The notes beneath the pieces are model-generated. The model was given only the letters and a program-made list of their open reading frames with translations, searched no databases and was not told where the DNA came from. A program made the translations under genes and the position numbers. This document shows, one piece after another, positions 38,882 to 49,275 of a stretch of 64,000 bases of DNA; positions within the stretch are counted from its first letter, which is position 1; every line of letters starts with the position of its first letter. The stretch covers positions 2,425-66,424 of IMG/VR virus record IMGVR_UViG_3300009152_000046; one strand, written 5' to 3'. The stretch comes from a virus.

Positions 38882-40825
38882 ATGAGCATAACTGATCCTA
38901 ATTTACTTGGAGCAAACTCGAACACTGGTGAAGCACCTAAATCATCTACAAATGATTTGCTTGGCATAACTGATGCTTCATGGTCTTCTTTAAATAATAC
39001 TCACACGGAAAAAATATACGGAGCATCCGATGCTGCAGGTAAAGAGGCAAAAGCGGTATTAGGAACTGACTCTATCTTTAATCCATTTTATGTATTTAGA
39101 TATGCAAAATATGGAAGTATTTCCGGCGATAATTATTCTCCGGAATATCACAAAGATACTCAAGATGTAGTTTCAAATGTTCTTGAAGCATTTGCATTAA
39201 CTCCATTAGATAAGATTAAAGAGCAGAAAAAGGAATCAGAAAACCCGACTGCTGGAGAAATTATCCGTTGGGCTCAAAGCAATGCCGATCAAAATAAAGG
39301 TGATACTACTTTTGGTGCAATGCCGTATCAATGGAACGATTTCTTATGGTGTAAGTGGTATGGTAAAATGCCCAATAATAGAATGTTGACACTACGCAGA
39401 TTTCCAATTCCAGTAGAGGATAATTTACAAATTGCTGAATCAAAAGCCCCATTGGTGCCAATTGCACAAGCCGTTACCTGGTGGGGAGGAGATACTGGAA
39501 ATAAATTATCTAGTGTATTAAATATTGATTATGGATATAATTGGATACCGAAAACGGCTAAGATGCAGGACGTTACTGGTAATGAAATTTCAGCAGATGC
39601 ACTATTAGACGCAGCAGGATTAACACAAACAGATAATCCTAACCTTAGAAAGATTTTACTTGCGACTCTTTTTCAAAATAACGATAATCCATTTGCAGCA
39701 ACAGGATACGACGGAAAAGTACAAAACTGGCTTACAACTGCATACGGCGAAGAAGGTCAATATTGGAATCGTGTGCGTGGTCCACTTAACGTAATTAACT
39801 CAACACTAATTAGAAACACTGGGTTCACATATCAACACCCAGTAACGATGACATTTAGTTATAAATTAAGATCGTTTTCTAATATTAATCCTAGGATTGC
39901 AATGTTAGACCTAATTAGTAACTTTTTATCCTTAACATATAGCAAAGCTGAATTTTGGGGTGGAGGAATCCGATATTTTCAAAAAACTGGGTTTATTCTT
40001 CCTGGAATGCCAAGTCAAAAGTTTGAAAATGGCGATTTTATTGGAGGTATACAGGACACAATTACGTATATGCTTGGAGAATTCCAAAAGAAAGGAAAAG
40101 ACTTAGCTGAAGGTGTCGCGGCACTTACGAAAGGAGTCGGCGATGCTGATCTTACTGGAGTAGCAAACACGCTAGGGGCTTCACAGACTGCACAAAACAT
40201 TGCAGGTTCATGGGTATCAGAACTTATGCAGACTCCTCTTACGATGCGATCATTCCTAGACGGTCGAGCCGTTGGTGAATGGCATCTTACGGTAGGTAAC
40301 CCAATGAATCCACTGGCAGTAATGGGAAATCTGTGCTTAAAAAGCACTAGTATGTCATTCAACGATTCATTAGGTATGGATGATTTTCCAACTGAAGTTA
40401 CTTTTAAAGTAATTTTTGAACACGGCAGACCTCGAGCAAAACAGGATATTGAATCAATGTTTAACTTTGGTGGAGGCGCATTAACCTTTACTCCATTACC
40501 TCAGCCTTCTTCTTCATATAACTCACTTGGAGAAAGAAATAGTATTGCCGCAAATAATGCAATAAATGGTAGAAGCGACACTACTCCAGGTTCAACACAA
40601 AGCAGCACAGCAACGTCAGTCGGACAAGTGTTTGAAGCTACTTCTGGTGGAACAAAAAATAGCAGTACTGGTGCAAATAAAGAAAGATTTGATCAGTTTG
40701 ACGATAAAACTAAAGATCAAATTGCAGGTTATATAAAAAGCAAAGTTGCAAGAGCATACGGAACAAAATTTGCAGCGTCGCCAGTTTTGGTAGACTACTT
40801 CCTAGACTTAAAAACAAAAGACTAA
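38882..40825 (+). CDS. baseplate/tail-associated structural protein
   Basis: Late promoter; GNPMNP..MGNL...DDFPTE tube-fold-like C-terminal region; heads the baseplate cluster. Confidence 0.55.
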   Translation: MSITDPNLLGANSNTGEAPKSSTNDLLGITDASWSSLNNTHTEKIYGASDAAGKEAKAVLGTDSIFNPFYVFRYAKYGSISGDNYSPEYHKDTQDVVSNVLEAFALTPLDKIKEQKKESENPTAGEIIRWAQSNADQNKGDTTFGAMPYQWNDFLWCKWYGKMPNNRMLTLRRFPIPVEDNLQIAESKAPLVPIAQAVTWWGGDTGNKLSSVLNIDYGYNWIPKTAKMQDVTGNEISADALLDAAGLTQTDNPNLRKILLATLFQNNDNPFAATGYDGKVQNWLTTAYGEEGQYWNRVRGPLNVINSTLIRNTGFTYQHPVTMTFSYKLRSFSNINPRIAMLDLISNFLSLTYSKAEFWGGGIRYFQKTGFILPGMPSQKFENGDFIGGIQDTITYMLGEFQKKGKDLAEGVAALTKGVGDADLTGVANTLGASQTAQNIAGSWVSELMQTPLTMRSFLDGRAVGEWHLTVGNPMNPLAVMGNLCLKSTSMSFNDSLGMDDFPTEVTFKVIFEHGRPRAKQDIESMFNFGGGALTFTPLPQPSSSYNSLGERNSIAANNAINGRSDTTPGSTQSSTATSVGQVFEATSGGTKNSSTGANKERFDQFDDKTKDQIAGYIKSKVARAYGTKFAASPVLVDYFLDLKTKD

Positions 40826-40826
40826 T

Positions 40827-41414
40827 ATGTTAATAACTAGATTACTTCGACTTAAGAATATTTTTACGACAGCTGCCGGCGACGGAATAGTTGACTTAAT
40901 TAGTTCAACTTTTAGTTTTGCAAAGGATTCAGGAATTGCACAAAGTGTAATCAGAGTACAGGATGAAGAGGCAATGCGCCCAGACTTAATATCCGTTCGT
41001 GTATATTCAGATCAGCAATACTATGAAGCTCTAATGAAATATAATGGAATATCGAATCCATTTGCAATTGCGCCAAATGATATATTATTTGTACCTGCAT
41101 TCAAGAGCCTTGAAAAGATGATGGTTACTCCAACTAAAGTAATTGATAAGGGAGCACAGAAGAAAGATAATAACGAAGCTAAACTCTTAAATCCTAAAAC
41201 AGTTAAAGATAAAAAGAGATTAGAGGCGCTAAAGGATAAGGTTAAAGAAATTGTTCCGCCAAACGTTAACACTACTGGAAACAAGAATGTTAAGGTGAGA
41301 GACGGTAAAGTAATTTTCGGTGAGGACGTTACTCAAGTAAATAAAGATAATTGTCCAGTACCTATCTCAAGAGCTAGACTAATTCAGCAGTTAACTAAAG
41401 CAAATTTATTTTAA
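40827..41414 (+). CDS. baseplate wedge protein, gp53/LysM-like
   Basis: RPDLISVRVY...LMKYNGISNPF...ILFVP. Confidence 0.7.
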   Translation: MLITRLLRLKNIFTTAAGDGIVDLISSTFSFAKDSGIAQSVIRVQDEEAMRPDLISVRVYSDQQYYEALMKYNGISNPFAIAPNDILFVPAFKSLEKMMVTPTKVIDKGAQKKDNNEAKLLNPKTVKDKKRLEALKDKVKEIVPPNVNTTGNKNVKVRDGKVIFGEDVTQVNKDNCPVPISRARLIQQLTKANLF

Positions 41415-42907
41415 TGTCATTTGGTCAAATCATAAAAGGTACATTACTACCAAAGGTTCAGTTAAAAACGTTATATGAAGAGGATACTTCATCTGATAGT
41501 ACAAATCCGTCATCATATAAAGCGCCAAAAAGCATGCCAGATTCTGGCCAAAAGACCGGTGCAACTGAACCTTATATTAAAATAGGTGGACAAATAGTTA
41601 AGGGTATTGAAACAATGATACTTGATGAAACGGGTTTTATTCCAACTATCTCTCTTACGTTTGTTGATAATTTTGGTGAATTTGCAGGGGATTACTTTCC
41701 TAAGACTGATCTACTTATGAGTGTCTACTTGAAAGTCGGTACTGAAAAATTAAAACCGATTCGTTGCGACTTTTTAATTACTCATGTAAAATCTATCCCA
41801 GCAAAATATACAGGTGATCGTAAGGGTATTTCTATTGGCACTACTTACTTAATTAAGGGAGAGCTATATGTTCCAGGTATCTATGCAAATATTTCTAGAA
41901 GTTATTCTGGTCTAAATTCAAAGGACGCATTAAAAAAGATATGTGGCGATTTAAGTCTAGGCTTTGCAGAAAACGAGAATACTCCTAATGATAAGATGAC
42001 TTGGATTAATACAAATATGAGTACTCTTGCTTTTATGCAAACTATTGCTCAACATGCATATCAAGACGATGATTCTTTCTTTATGACGTTTATTGATAAG
42101 TACTATTACTTAAATTATGTTGAAGTAAATCGTCAATTAAAAGTAGAAGAGGCTCAGAAAACCTTCTTGACTTCAGCGAGACCGTTGGCTAGTGGAATCA
42201 ATCAACAACTAAAGGATTCACCAGAAAGAGCCCAGTTAGAAGAGGAGACTATGGTAAATTATCTTACTACTGAACTTGAATACAAAGGTAAAGCTAATTA
42301 TATTACTTCACTAAACTTGATTTCTGATCAGGGACAAATTGTTAAGAGCCAAGGTTATAAGAAACATATTTTCTATTACGATCACCTCAAGTCTACCCAG
42401 ACTCCATCTGAAAAGTTTAAAGACTTTTTCATGAGCCCGCTTAAGAGTATTGATCGTAATCAAGACCAACACCTAGTGCCAGCTGACCAACAATTAGCAG
42501 AAAACGAGATTAAAAAATGGATGAATATTGACTATGGTAATAATCATCCTGAATGGAATGCTGCACGTTTATTGAATGCGCATAATTTAAAGGAATTAGA
42601 TAAAATAAGACTTAAAGTTACTCTGAATAATATAAATTTTCAGGCAGTTAAAGGATTTACGGTGCCGATTTACATATCCGTACAAGAGGCTGAAAATACT
42701 TTAAAGGCTACAAAATCAACAGAAGAGCAAGACGCAAAAATAAAGAATGAAAACGGTCTAGGCGCACAAACATTTGATGCTCAATTAAGCGGTTATTATT
42801 ATGTATCAGGTGCAAAGTATTACTATGATAAACTTAACCCAAATGGATTGTATACTGAACTCTTCTTATCAAGAAGAGAATGGGCTCCTTCTAAAAATAA
42901 TAACTAA
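41414..42907 (+). CDS. baseplate hub protein, gp27-like
   Basis: Size and context; FIDKYYYLNY and LSGYYYVSG motifs. Confidence 0.55.
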   Translation: MSFGQIIKGTLLPKVQLKTLYEEDTSSDSTNPSSYKAPKSMPDSGQKTGATEPYIKIGGQIVKGIETMILDETGFIPTISLTFVDNFGEFAGDYFPKTDLLMSVYLKVGTEKLKPIRCDFLITHVKSIPAKYTGDRKGISIGTTYLIKGELYVPGIYANISRSYSGLNSKDALKKICGDLSLGFAENENTPNDKMTWINTNMSTLAFMQTIAQHAYQDDDSFFMTFIDKYYYLNYVEVNRQLKVEEAQKTFLTSARPLASGINQQLKDSPERAQLEEETMVNYLTTELEYKGKANYITSLNLISDQGQIVKSQGYKKHIFYYDHLKSTQTPSEKFKDFFMSPLKSIDRNQDQHLVPADQQLAENEIKKWMNIDYGNNHPEWNAARLLNAHNLKELDKIRLKVTLNNINFQAVKGFTVPIYISVQEAENTLKATKSTEEQDAKIKNENGLGAQTFDAQLSGYYYVSGAKYYYDKLNPNGLYTELFLSRREWAPSKNNN

Positions 42908-42909
42908 CG

Positions 42910-43971
42910 ATGCCTCATAATTTCTATGGAATAAAAAATAAAGTTGATAATTTCAGAAAGGGTACTTTTATGGATCCGTATGATGAGCCTACGTTCCTGA
43001 CGTTTGCACTAGACTTTAAATTTGAAGATACATCATCGCTTGTGCAGGACACTCGACTTTCTGAGTCTCCTCTTTTTATTGAAAGAAGTGGAGGAATTGT
43101 TGAGTTCTTGAAGAACAGAGGCCATGCTGACAAAGCTCATGGCATGAAAGTATTTAAGAATATTTTATCTTACTTAACCTTTGATGCTCCATGGTATTTC
43201 CAAAGTATTTCAGGTTTAGGTGCGATGTGGAAAGGAGCGACAGATATTGAATCTGGTTGGAAAGGTAAAAGTGCAACGATTACTATAGACACATTAGAGG
43301 CAGTTGACCTAAGAATAAACGAATTAGCTGATATCTATCGTAATGCAGTATATGATAAAATCCACATGAGAGAAAGAGTGCCAGATAATTTAAGATGGTT
43401 CTCAATGGATATTTATGTGGCAGAGGTTAGAAACTTGCGTTATCGAATTCCAGGAGTTGGACAAAACGCTGCTAACTTGTTAGGAATAAACACTGGTATT
43501 ATTGGAAATATCGTAGGTGGAGGTAATATCTTATCTAACGTATTAAAACAATACGGCTATATTAAATTTAGATGTAGGCAGTGCGAATTTGATTTTTCAG
43601 ACACTTTTGCTGGCGGCTCCGGCAAACTTGAAGTGACTCCAAAAAATACACCTGCCACTAATTCATTTAAAATTAATATTGGTTTCTTTGAAGAAGAGAG
43701 CACATATGCAGATGGCAGTAAATTATTTGACGATCATATCAAGTCTGAACTGCATAATCCATGGAGTGCACGAAATGTTGGTACGAATGTTCAAAACACT
43801 GCATCTTTCTTGTCTGGCTTACCGGTAATTGGAGAGTCAATTCAAAATGCTGGTGAAAGCGTGCAGAACGCTCTTGCTCAAGTAGGAGGATTAATTAATC
43901 CAGCATTGGGCGCAGCAAGTAATTTCTTAGAACCGCCAGTAACTGATCTCGGTAATGTATATGGCCGATAA
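42910..43971 (+). CDS. tail tube/baseplate-associated structural protein
   Basis: Context; PWYFQSISGL and ITIDTLE tube-like motifs. Confidence 0.5.
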   Translation: MPHNFYGIKNKVDNFRKGTFMDPYDEPTFLTFALDFKFEDTSSLVQDTRLSESPLFIERSGGIVEFLKNRGHADKAHGMKVFKNILSYLTFDAPWYFQSISGLGAMWKGATDIESGWKGKSATITIDTLEAVDLRINELADIYRNAVYDKIHMRERVPDNLRWFSMDIYVAEVRNLRYRIPGVGQNAANLLGINTGIIGNIVGGGNILSNVLKQYGYIKFRCRQCEFDFSDTFAGGSGKLEVTPKNTPATNSFKINIGFFEEESTYADGSKLFDDHIKSELHNPWSARNVGTNVQNTASFLSGLPVIGESIQNAGESVQNALAQVGGLINPALGAASNFLEPPVTDLGNVYGR

Positions 43972-44006
43972 CTAAACCAAAAGTACTTTTTTAGATATAA
44001 TTTAAT

Positions 44007-44798
44007 ATGGATAATCACGATATAGAATCACGAAATAACCGAGACTTAGTTGACAAACAATTTCTTGGCATAGTTGAGGACGCAAACGACCCTCGAAAAG
44101 AAGGTCGCGCAAAAGTTAGAGTTATTAGCCTATACGATGATATTGCAGTAGCTGATCTTCCATGGGCGTATCCAAAACAAAAGAGCGCTTTTTTCGGTAA
44201 GAAAGGCAAAGGAGGTTCCTTATCGGTTCCTAAAAAAGGATCGATCGTTGCAGTTAGATTCGATAATGGAAATCCCTATTCACCAGAGTACTATTCCTTG
44301 CATGAAATTGCAGACGATGTTCGAGAAGAGTTAGGCAAAGACGGAGAATATTTAGGTTCACATATTGTGCTATTCGATGGTGACGAAGAGTTAAAAATCT
44401 GGTTCAGTATTAGTAAAGGAATTACAATGCAATTAAAAGGATCTCGAGTAAATATTGGTCGCGATAAAGCGATTACTATTGAACACGATCAAACACAATC
44501 AGTTATTGAATTAAGAGGCGGTAATATTACGATCCATGCAAATTCCAGAATTGAAATGTCAAGCGGCAGCGAAATTGAAGCAGCATCAAACGATATTTGG
44601 ATCAATGGTAATTTCGTAAAAGTAGGTCATAATCCAGTAAATGGACCGGCTGTGCTTGGAGATAAGCTGTTTCTCCTATTAGAAGCGATGGGCAGTGCAA
44701 TCGATGCAAAATTTCCACCAACACCTGGAGCAATAACTGCAGCTGTGAGCTCATTTAAACCAGCAGTATTATCAAATACGGTAAAGGTTTCACTATAA
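44007..44798 (+). CDS. baseplate central spike, gp5/Vgr OB-fold (no lysozyme domain)
   Basis: GIVEDANDPRKEGRAKVRV, LPWA and VPKKGS.V.V.FDNGN motifs. Confidence 0.85.
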   Translation: MDNHDIESRNNRDLVDKQFLGIVEDANDPRKEGRAKVRVISLYDDIAVADLPWAYPKQKSAFFGKKGKGGSLSVPKKGSIVAVRFDNGNPYSPEYYSLHEIADDVREELGKDGEYLGSHIVLFDGDEELKIWFSISKGITMQLKGSRVNIGRDKAITIEHDQTQSVIELRGGNITIHANSRIEMSSGSEIEAASNDIWINGNFVKVGHNPVNGPAVLGDKLFLLLEAMGSAIDAKFPPTPGAITAAVSSFKPAVLSNTVKVSL

Positions 44799-45413
44799 AG
44801 ATTTCTTGTAGAGATTTCCAATATTTTCATATCGGAAAAGCTTGTTTAATCTAGAATTTGGAGTGACTGATATAATATCATAATTATGGGTCTTCAGCTT
44901 CTTAAAATTAGTTAGCATTGCTTCAAATCGAGGAAGGTACCAGTCGGCGCCAACAGTATTTGCAGAAGTATGATTTTCATCTTTCCAAAAATGACTAGGC
45001 TCTTGCCAAGTCAAAGAGATTCCAGCTAAATAAAATGTATATTGTTCATGCGGATTATTACGAATATCTCTAAACAATTCAATAGAGTTAGTCACTGAAT
45101 CTGGAAAAGCTCGTTTATTTTTTCTAGGATAAACCTTTGTCCATGGTGGAATAGCTGCATCATTTGATTTCTTTGCTTTTCTAATCCAATCGCTAGAAAA
45201 AATAGTAGAGTGCTGTTTAAGCTTCGCTAAAGTTTCAGGGTATCTGGAAAGTTCATTATTGATTACTAAGTCATTGAAGAAAAAATAATTTGGAATATAT
45301 TTTAACCATATCCTGTTTATTCCAAGAGTAATAATGGATCGATCTAATTTATCAAATTCAATTGAATTGATTTGAGGATCGTTTCCTAAAACTAAGACTT
45401 TAACTTTTGCCAT
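44793..45413 (-). CDS. Maf/MptE-like (GT29/GT42-type fold) putative nonulosonate transferase
   Basis: VLGNDPQI, LGINRIW..PNY and YLAGIS motifs. Confidence 0.5.
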   Translation of the reverse strand: MAKVKVLVLGNDPQINSIEFDKLDRSIITLGINRIWLKYIPNYFFFNDLVINNELSRYPETLAKLKQHSTIFSSDWIRKAKKSNDAAIPPWTKVYPRKNKRAFPDSVTNSIELFRDIRNNPHEQYTFYLAGISLTWQEPSHFWKDENHTSANTVGADWYLPRFEAMLTNFKKLKTHNYDIISVTPNSRLNKLFRYENIGNLYKKSL

Positions 45414-45705
45414 TTAACCAGTCTCTTGAATTTATATTTTTATCGTCAATGAAGAAATCATACGTCGGCTTTCCGAACCTTAATTCGTGATATAGGACGC
45501 CCCAGGAAGAGAGTTGACCCTCAGTTAATTGTCTCCAATCCAATCCAGAAGAAGTCCCCCTAGCGGTCCAGAAAACGATAGTATGTCCAGCTAAATATAG
45601 GTCATTCACCTTCTTAACCGCGTCTGGAATAGGTACTGCAGATTCGTATTCCATGTGATTAGCAAGAGTACAAATAGTATCGTCAATATCAATGAAATAT
45701 ATCAC
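45400..45705 (-). CDS. small HAD phosphatase (capsule-biosynthesis type)
   Basis: DIDDTI, WTARG and GKP...IDDK motifs. Confidence 0.85.
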   Translation of the reverse strand: MIYFIDIDDTICTLANHMEYESAVPIPDAVKKVNDLYLAGHTIVFWTARGTSSGLDWRQLTEGQLSSWGVLYHELRFGKPTYDFFIDDKNINSRDWLNGKS

Positions 45706-45991
45706 CAGTAATCTCTAGGTTATTTTCCAATTTATATTTTTCCCAGTCTTCTGCATTCATTAGATCTGGAAATCTTTCTCCCTCATTACAAGAAACGTTG
45801 ACATACATTTTTCCTGGTGTAGAACAGCCACAATATTTACAGTAGCCCTGTACCATGCAATCATCTTTACAGATTTCAGAACGATATAGCACTTGCTCAC
45901 GCTCATGTTTTGGAAGAAGATGCATTTTATCGCCTAGCATTTTTAGGTTGCCTTCAATAAATTGAAAGACCTTTTTTGGTGTAATTTTCAT
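45689..45991 (-). CDS. Cys-rich hypothetical protein
   Basis: CKDDC...CKYCGC. Confidence 0.6.
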   Translation of the reverse strand: MKITPKKVFQFIEGNLKMLGDKMHLLPKHEREQVLYRSEICKDDCMVQGYCKYCGCSTPGKMYVNVSCNEGERFPDLMNAEDWEKYKLENNLEITGDIFH

Positions 45992-46878
45992 TTTCCTCTA
46001 AGTGTTTTTCTTTTTGCAAGCTCAGATGCGATTACTTCACGTGGTCCATATCCGCCACGAGCAGCTTCAACATCACGGATACTCTTTACTAATTTAATGA
46101 GTCCTTGCGGTTCAACTGATGCCATCTGATCGCTACCCCAAAGAGAGCGGTCTAGCGTAATATGTCGTTCTACCCAAGTTGCACCTAATATTGTAGCAGC
46201 AACGGTAGTCGTAAGACCAAATTCATGGCCAGAATAACCGACTTCAAATTTCTTTTCAAAATCATTACCTCTATTAATATGTGATAAGTATGTAATATAG
46301 TCTAGGTTTAATTCTTCAATTGGCGATGGATATGTTGAATTAGTATGGAACACAACATCAGGTCGACCTGCTGCAATGGCAAGATCAATTTCTTCTTGCG
46401 TGCTCATTCCAGTAGAAATTAGCAAAAAGTCAGAATTCTCTCTAGCATACTCTACTAAAGTTAGGTCATTAATTAAAGCTGAAGGTATTTTAGTCATAAC
46501 TCCCCATTTACCATTAGGTAGCATTGTTTCAAAACCTCGCATAAAATCAACTGCACCCTTATCCCAAACTGAAGCAAACCACTTCATTCCTTTAGAATCA
46601 CAATACTTGTCAATTTCTTTGTATGTTTCCTTTTCAAATTCAATATCACGCTTATATTGAAAGTATGTAGTTTCCTCTTTTCTCCAAGGAACGTTCTTTG
46701 CTTTTAATCTCTCAGCTTGAGGTACACATAGCTCTGGAGTTCTTTTTTGAAACTTAACATAGTCGACGCCAGCGATAGACGCAACATCGATAAGTTTCAT
46801 AGTATGCGCTAAAAACTTTTCAATATGGGTACCGTATGCATAATTAATTCCAATTTCAGCAATAATTTTAGTTTTCAT
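45988..46878 (-). CDS. neuB: N-acetylneuraminate/nonulosonate synthase
   Basis: IIAEIGIN, VKFQKR, ISTGMS, STYP, GYSGHE and ERHITLDR motifs. Confidence 0.92.
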   Translation of the reverse strand: MKTKIIAEIGINYAYGTHIEKFLAHTMKLIDVASIAGVDYVKFQKRTPELCVPQAERLKAKNVPWRKEETTYFQYKRDIEFEKETYKEIDKYCDSKGMKWFASVWDKGAVDFMRGFETMLPNGKWGVMTKIPSALINDLTLVEYARENSDFLLISTGMSTQEEIDLAIAAGRPDVVFHTNSTYPSPIEELNLDYITYLSHINRGNDFEKKFEVGYSGHEFGLTTTVAATILGATWVERHITLDRSLWGSDQMASVEPQGLIKLVKSIRDVEAARGGYGPREVIASELAKRKTLRGK

Positions 46879-46883
46879 TTAAT

Positions 46884-47594
46884 TTAATTATTTTTCGAAT
46901 ACTGTTCCTCATCGTGATAACAAGTAAATTCATTTATGTAATAACTTTTTAGATTATTTTTTTTGATAAAGTTCCTAGACCTTTCCCACAAGTCTGCGTC
47001 GGCAGGTAACCCAACCTTTCCAGTTTCGGCAAAAAGATCCCTATATAGTAGAGGAATTTTTTTAAAATTCATACACACTGATGAGTGAATTAATTTACTG
47101 GATATTGGATAACCCTCAACAAATTTGGATTGAGAATAGAAATCTGGTAAAATTCGAATTGGCGTAATATGTGTGGATTTAGTACACATCCAGTCTGCGC
47201 CAGTTCTAATTATACAATTATTAATTTCAGCCAAGTGATTTGGTTTCCAGTGGTCATCATGGTCAAGGTGACAAATATACTTAAATTCCTCTGCTTGTGC
47301 TGTTTCAATTGAACGATTAAGTGCGTTAACTCCACCGTATGACCATAGTGCTTTTTTATCAGTGTAATTATCTCGTTCCTTTGCAACATTAAGATTTTCA
47401 AAATGTAATTTATCAGATGGGTACTGAGAAATAATATCATTAATTTCTGTTAAATTTTCATATCGATCACCAATTAGAAATATTTTAAAATCAGAGTACG
47501 TCTGATTAAAGATTGAGTTAAGCGCTCTCTTTAAATAAAATGGAGTCTTATTGTCTGCACGTTGATAGGTCGCAATTGAAATTGCAAGTTTCAT
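46884..47594 (-). CDS. glycosyltransferase family 2
   Basis: SIATYQR, SIFNQTY and HLDHDD motifs. Confidence 0.85.
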   Translation of the reverse strand: MKLAISIATYQRADNKTPFYLKRALNSIFNQTYSDFKIFLIGDRYENLTEINDIISQYPSDKLHFENLNVAKERDNYTDKKALWSYGGVNALNRSIETAQAEEFKYICHLDHDDHWKPNHLAEINNCIIRTGADWMCTKSTHITPIRILPDFYSQSKFVEGYPISSKLIHSSVCMNFKKIPLLYRDLFAETGKVGLPADADLWERSRNFIKKNNLKSYYINEFTCYHDEEQYSKNN

Positions 47595-47614
47595 TTTCTA
47601 CTAAATATTTTTTA

Positions 47615-48373
47615 TTAAATTAGCGTCCACTCACTAAGATACGTATCTGGAATAATATATTTTACATTTATGGTATTGTCTTTAAACCATAGCCGTGGGG
47701 CAATCGTTTTAGCATTTGACAAATATGATCCCCACCAAGAAAAAGTACTATTTGCCATTACGAGATGTTTTGCCTGGGTTAAAACATAAAAATCTTCAAT
47801 AACTGAATTTTTTATGTATTCACAATCTAATCCAATTGTATTTTTTGCTGCAACAATATTATCAGTCACGACTATTACTCGTTTTGTTGGAAAAAAGGTT
47901 AATGCTTTTTTATAATATTCCCTATCTAATTGGTGCCAGGTAGTATGTCCTCCACCGGCATAGTCTCGATAATGCATAATTACGCATTCATCAAAATCAA
48001 TATTCAAATGATTGGTAATTGGCTTGGGTGTCAAAAAATGTTTAATTATGTCTGGACAATGATTAAAATATTTAGGTGAACCTAAATAGCCGTGTATGTT
48101 AACATTATCTGGAATATTGAACCCAACAAATCCGACATCTGCCCCATATAAATTTTTGGTCATTGCATGGATTCGATAGGAGCCCGGTGACTCTATTTTA
48201 GGTAACGGATTAGTAAAATGTTCTTGATGTATCCATTCTGGAAAACCGTAAGAGAAGCCATTGTTAGTAGCTATTCCAATAACACTGGCGATTCTAAATA
48301 AAATGTTTCCTAAGCCACTATCACCTTTTCCAGTAAGCATAGTGTTATTATTGAGTAGAGATGTTGTAATCAT
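47615..48373 (-). CDS. alpha-1,2-fucosyltransferase-like (GT11)
   Basis: GLGNILF, HYRD.Y and ANSTFSWWGSYL motifs. Confidence 0.85.
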   Translation of the reverse strand: MITTSLLNNNTMLTGKGDSGLGNILFRIASVIGIATNNGFSYGFPEWIHQEHFTNPLPKIESPGSYRIHAMTKNLYGADVGFVGFNIPDNVNIHGYLGSPKYFNHCPDIIKHFLTPKPITNHLNIDFDECVIMHYRDYAGGGHTTWHQLDREYYKKALTFFPTKRVIVVTDNIVAAKNTIGLDCEYIKNSVIEDFYVLTQAKHLVMANSTFSWWGSYLSNAKTIAPRLWFKDNTINVKYIIPDTYLSEWTLI

Positions 48374-48377
48374 AATT

Positions 48378-49160
48378 TTAAATTATATTAATATTTTCAC
48401 TTTTATGCCAAGGTCTAGATGGAGCACCGGCATATGGATCTAGCGCTGCTCCAACATCAATTTGAGTGATGTTTGGATATTTAAAAAACATTTTACTAAA
48501 CAGCATTTTACCAGTAACTGCACATCCATATATTATTACAGGATCTTTTATTTTATCTAAAAGTAAAGTAAGGGACTCCTCATAATTTTCGTGGTATTCC
48601 CAAGAATAAGTTATTGGGGTGGTAATATGATATTTTTCGATACACTGAAATTTCATATTTTTTTGATGATTCGGTCCGACTAGTATAACTCGTCTATCTC
48701 TAAGAGATTTAAAAAACTCATTAAGCCCATAGTAAACATACATATGCATAAAAGTTATGCAATTAATAGATAAGGCGTCAGTATGTTTAAACCTTTGATA
48801 AAAGGCATCAAGTATAGAACTATAGTTTTTATGGCGGGTATAGATATCATCTATACACGGTGTTCTATTTTCTATACCAATTGTTAGATTTAGATCATTT
48901 GTCTCTTCTTTATATTTAAAGATTGGGTCGAGTGACTTTTCATAAATAGTTCGATATGGCTCTTCAAGTATAGTATTTTGAGGAATGTTTAAATACGCTT
49001 TTATATCACCATCCCCCATTCTTAAAAAAGAAAAATTAATATTATTTTTAATTAATTGTATAATTTTATTATACGTTTCTTCAGAAGAGTGGGGAGTAGT
49101 CGGATACGTCCATTTTTCCCAGTTTTTCGCAATATGCGTATCGTTTCGTTTAGGCAGCAT
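48378..49160 (-). CDS. GT-D-fold-like glycosyltransferase
   Basis: FSFLRMGDGD and IDVGAALD motifs; ATG at 49160. Confidence 0.6.
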   Translation of the reverse strand: MLPKRNDTHIAKNWEKWTYPTTPHSSEETYNKIIQLIKNNINFSFLRMGDGDIKAYLNIPQNTILEEPYRTIYEKSLDPIFKYKEETNDLNLTIGIENRTPCIDDIYTRHKNYSSILDAFYQRFKHTDALSINCITFMHMYVYYGLNEFFKSLRDRRVILVGPNHQKNMKFQCIEKYHITTPITYSWEYHENYEESLTLLLDKIKDPVIIYGCAVTGKMLFSKMFFKYPNITQIDVGAALDPYAGAPSRPWHKSENINII

Positions 49161-49164
49161 AAAT

Positions 49165-49275
49165 TTATATCTTTTCTCTAATTGATGAATTTGTGCCAAA
49201 ATAAACACAGTCTCCTATTACTATTGCGCGACTATCATCTGGGCAATATGCAGTAATTGAGATTAAATCTTTCAT
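49165..49275 (-). pseudogene. 36-aa chimeric remnant containing a hexapeptide acetyltransferase fragment
   Basis: MKDLISITAYCPDDSR-AIVIGDCVYFGTNSSIREKI*; ATGA overlap with the upstream gene. Confidence 0.5.
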
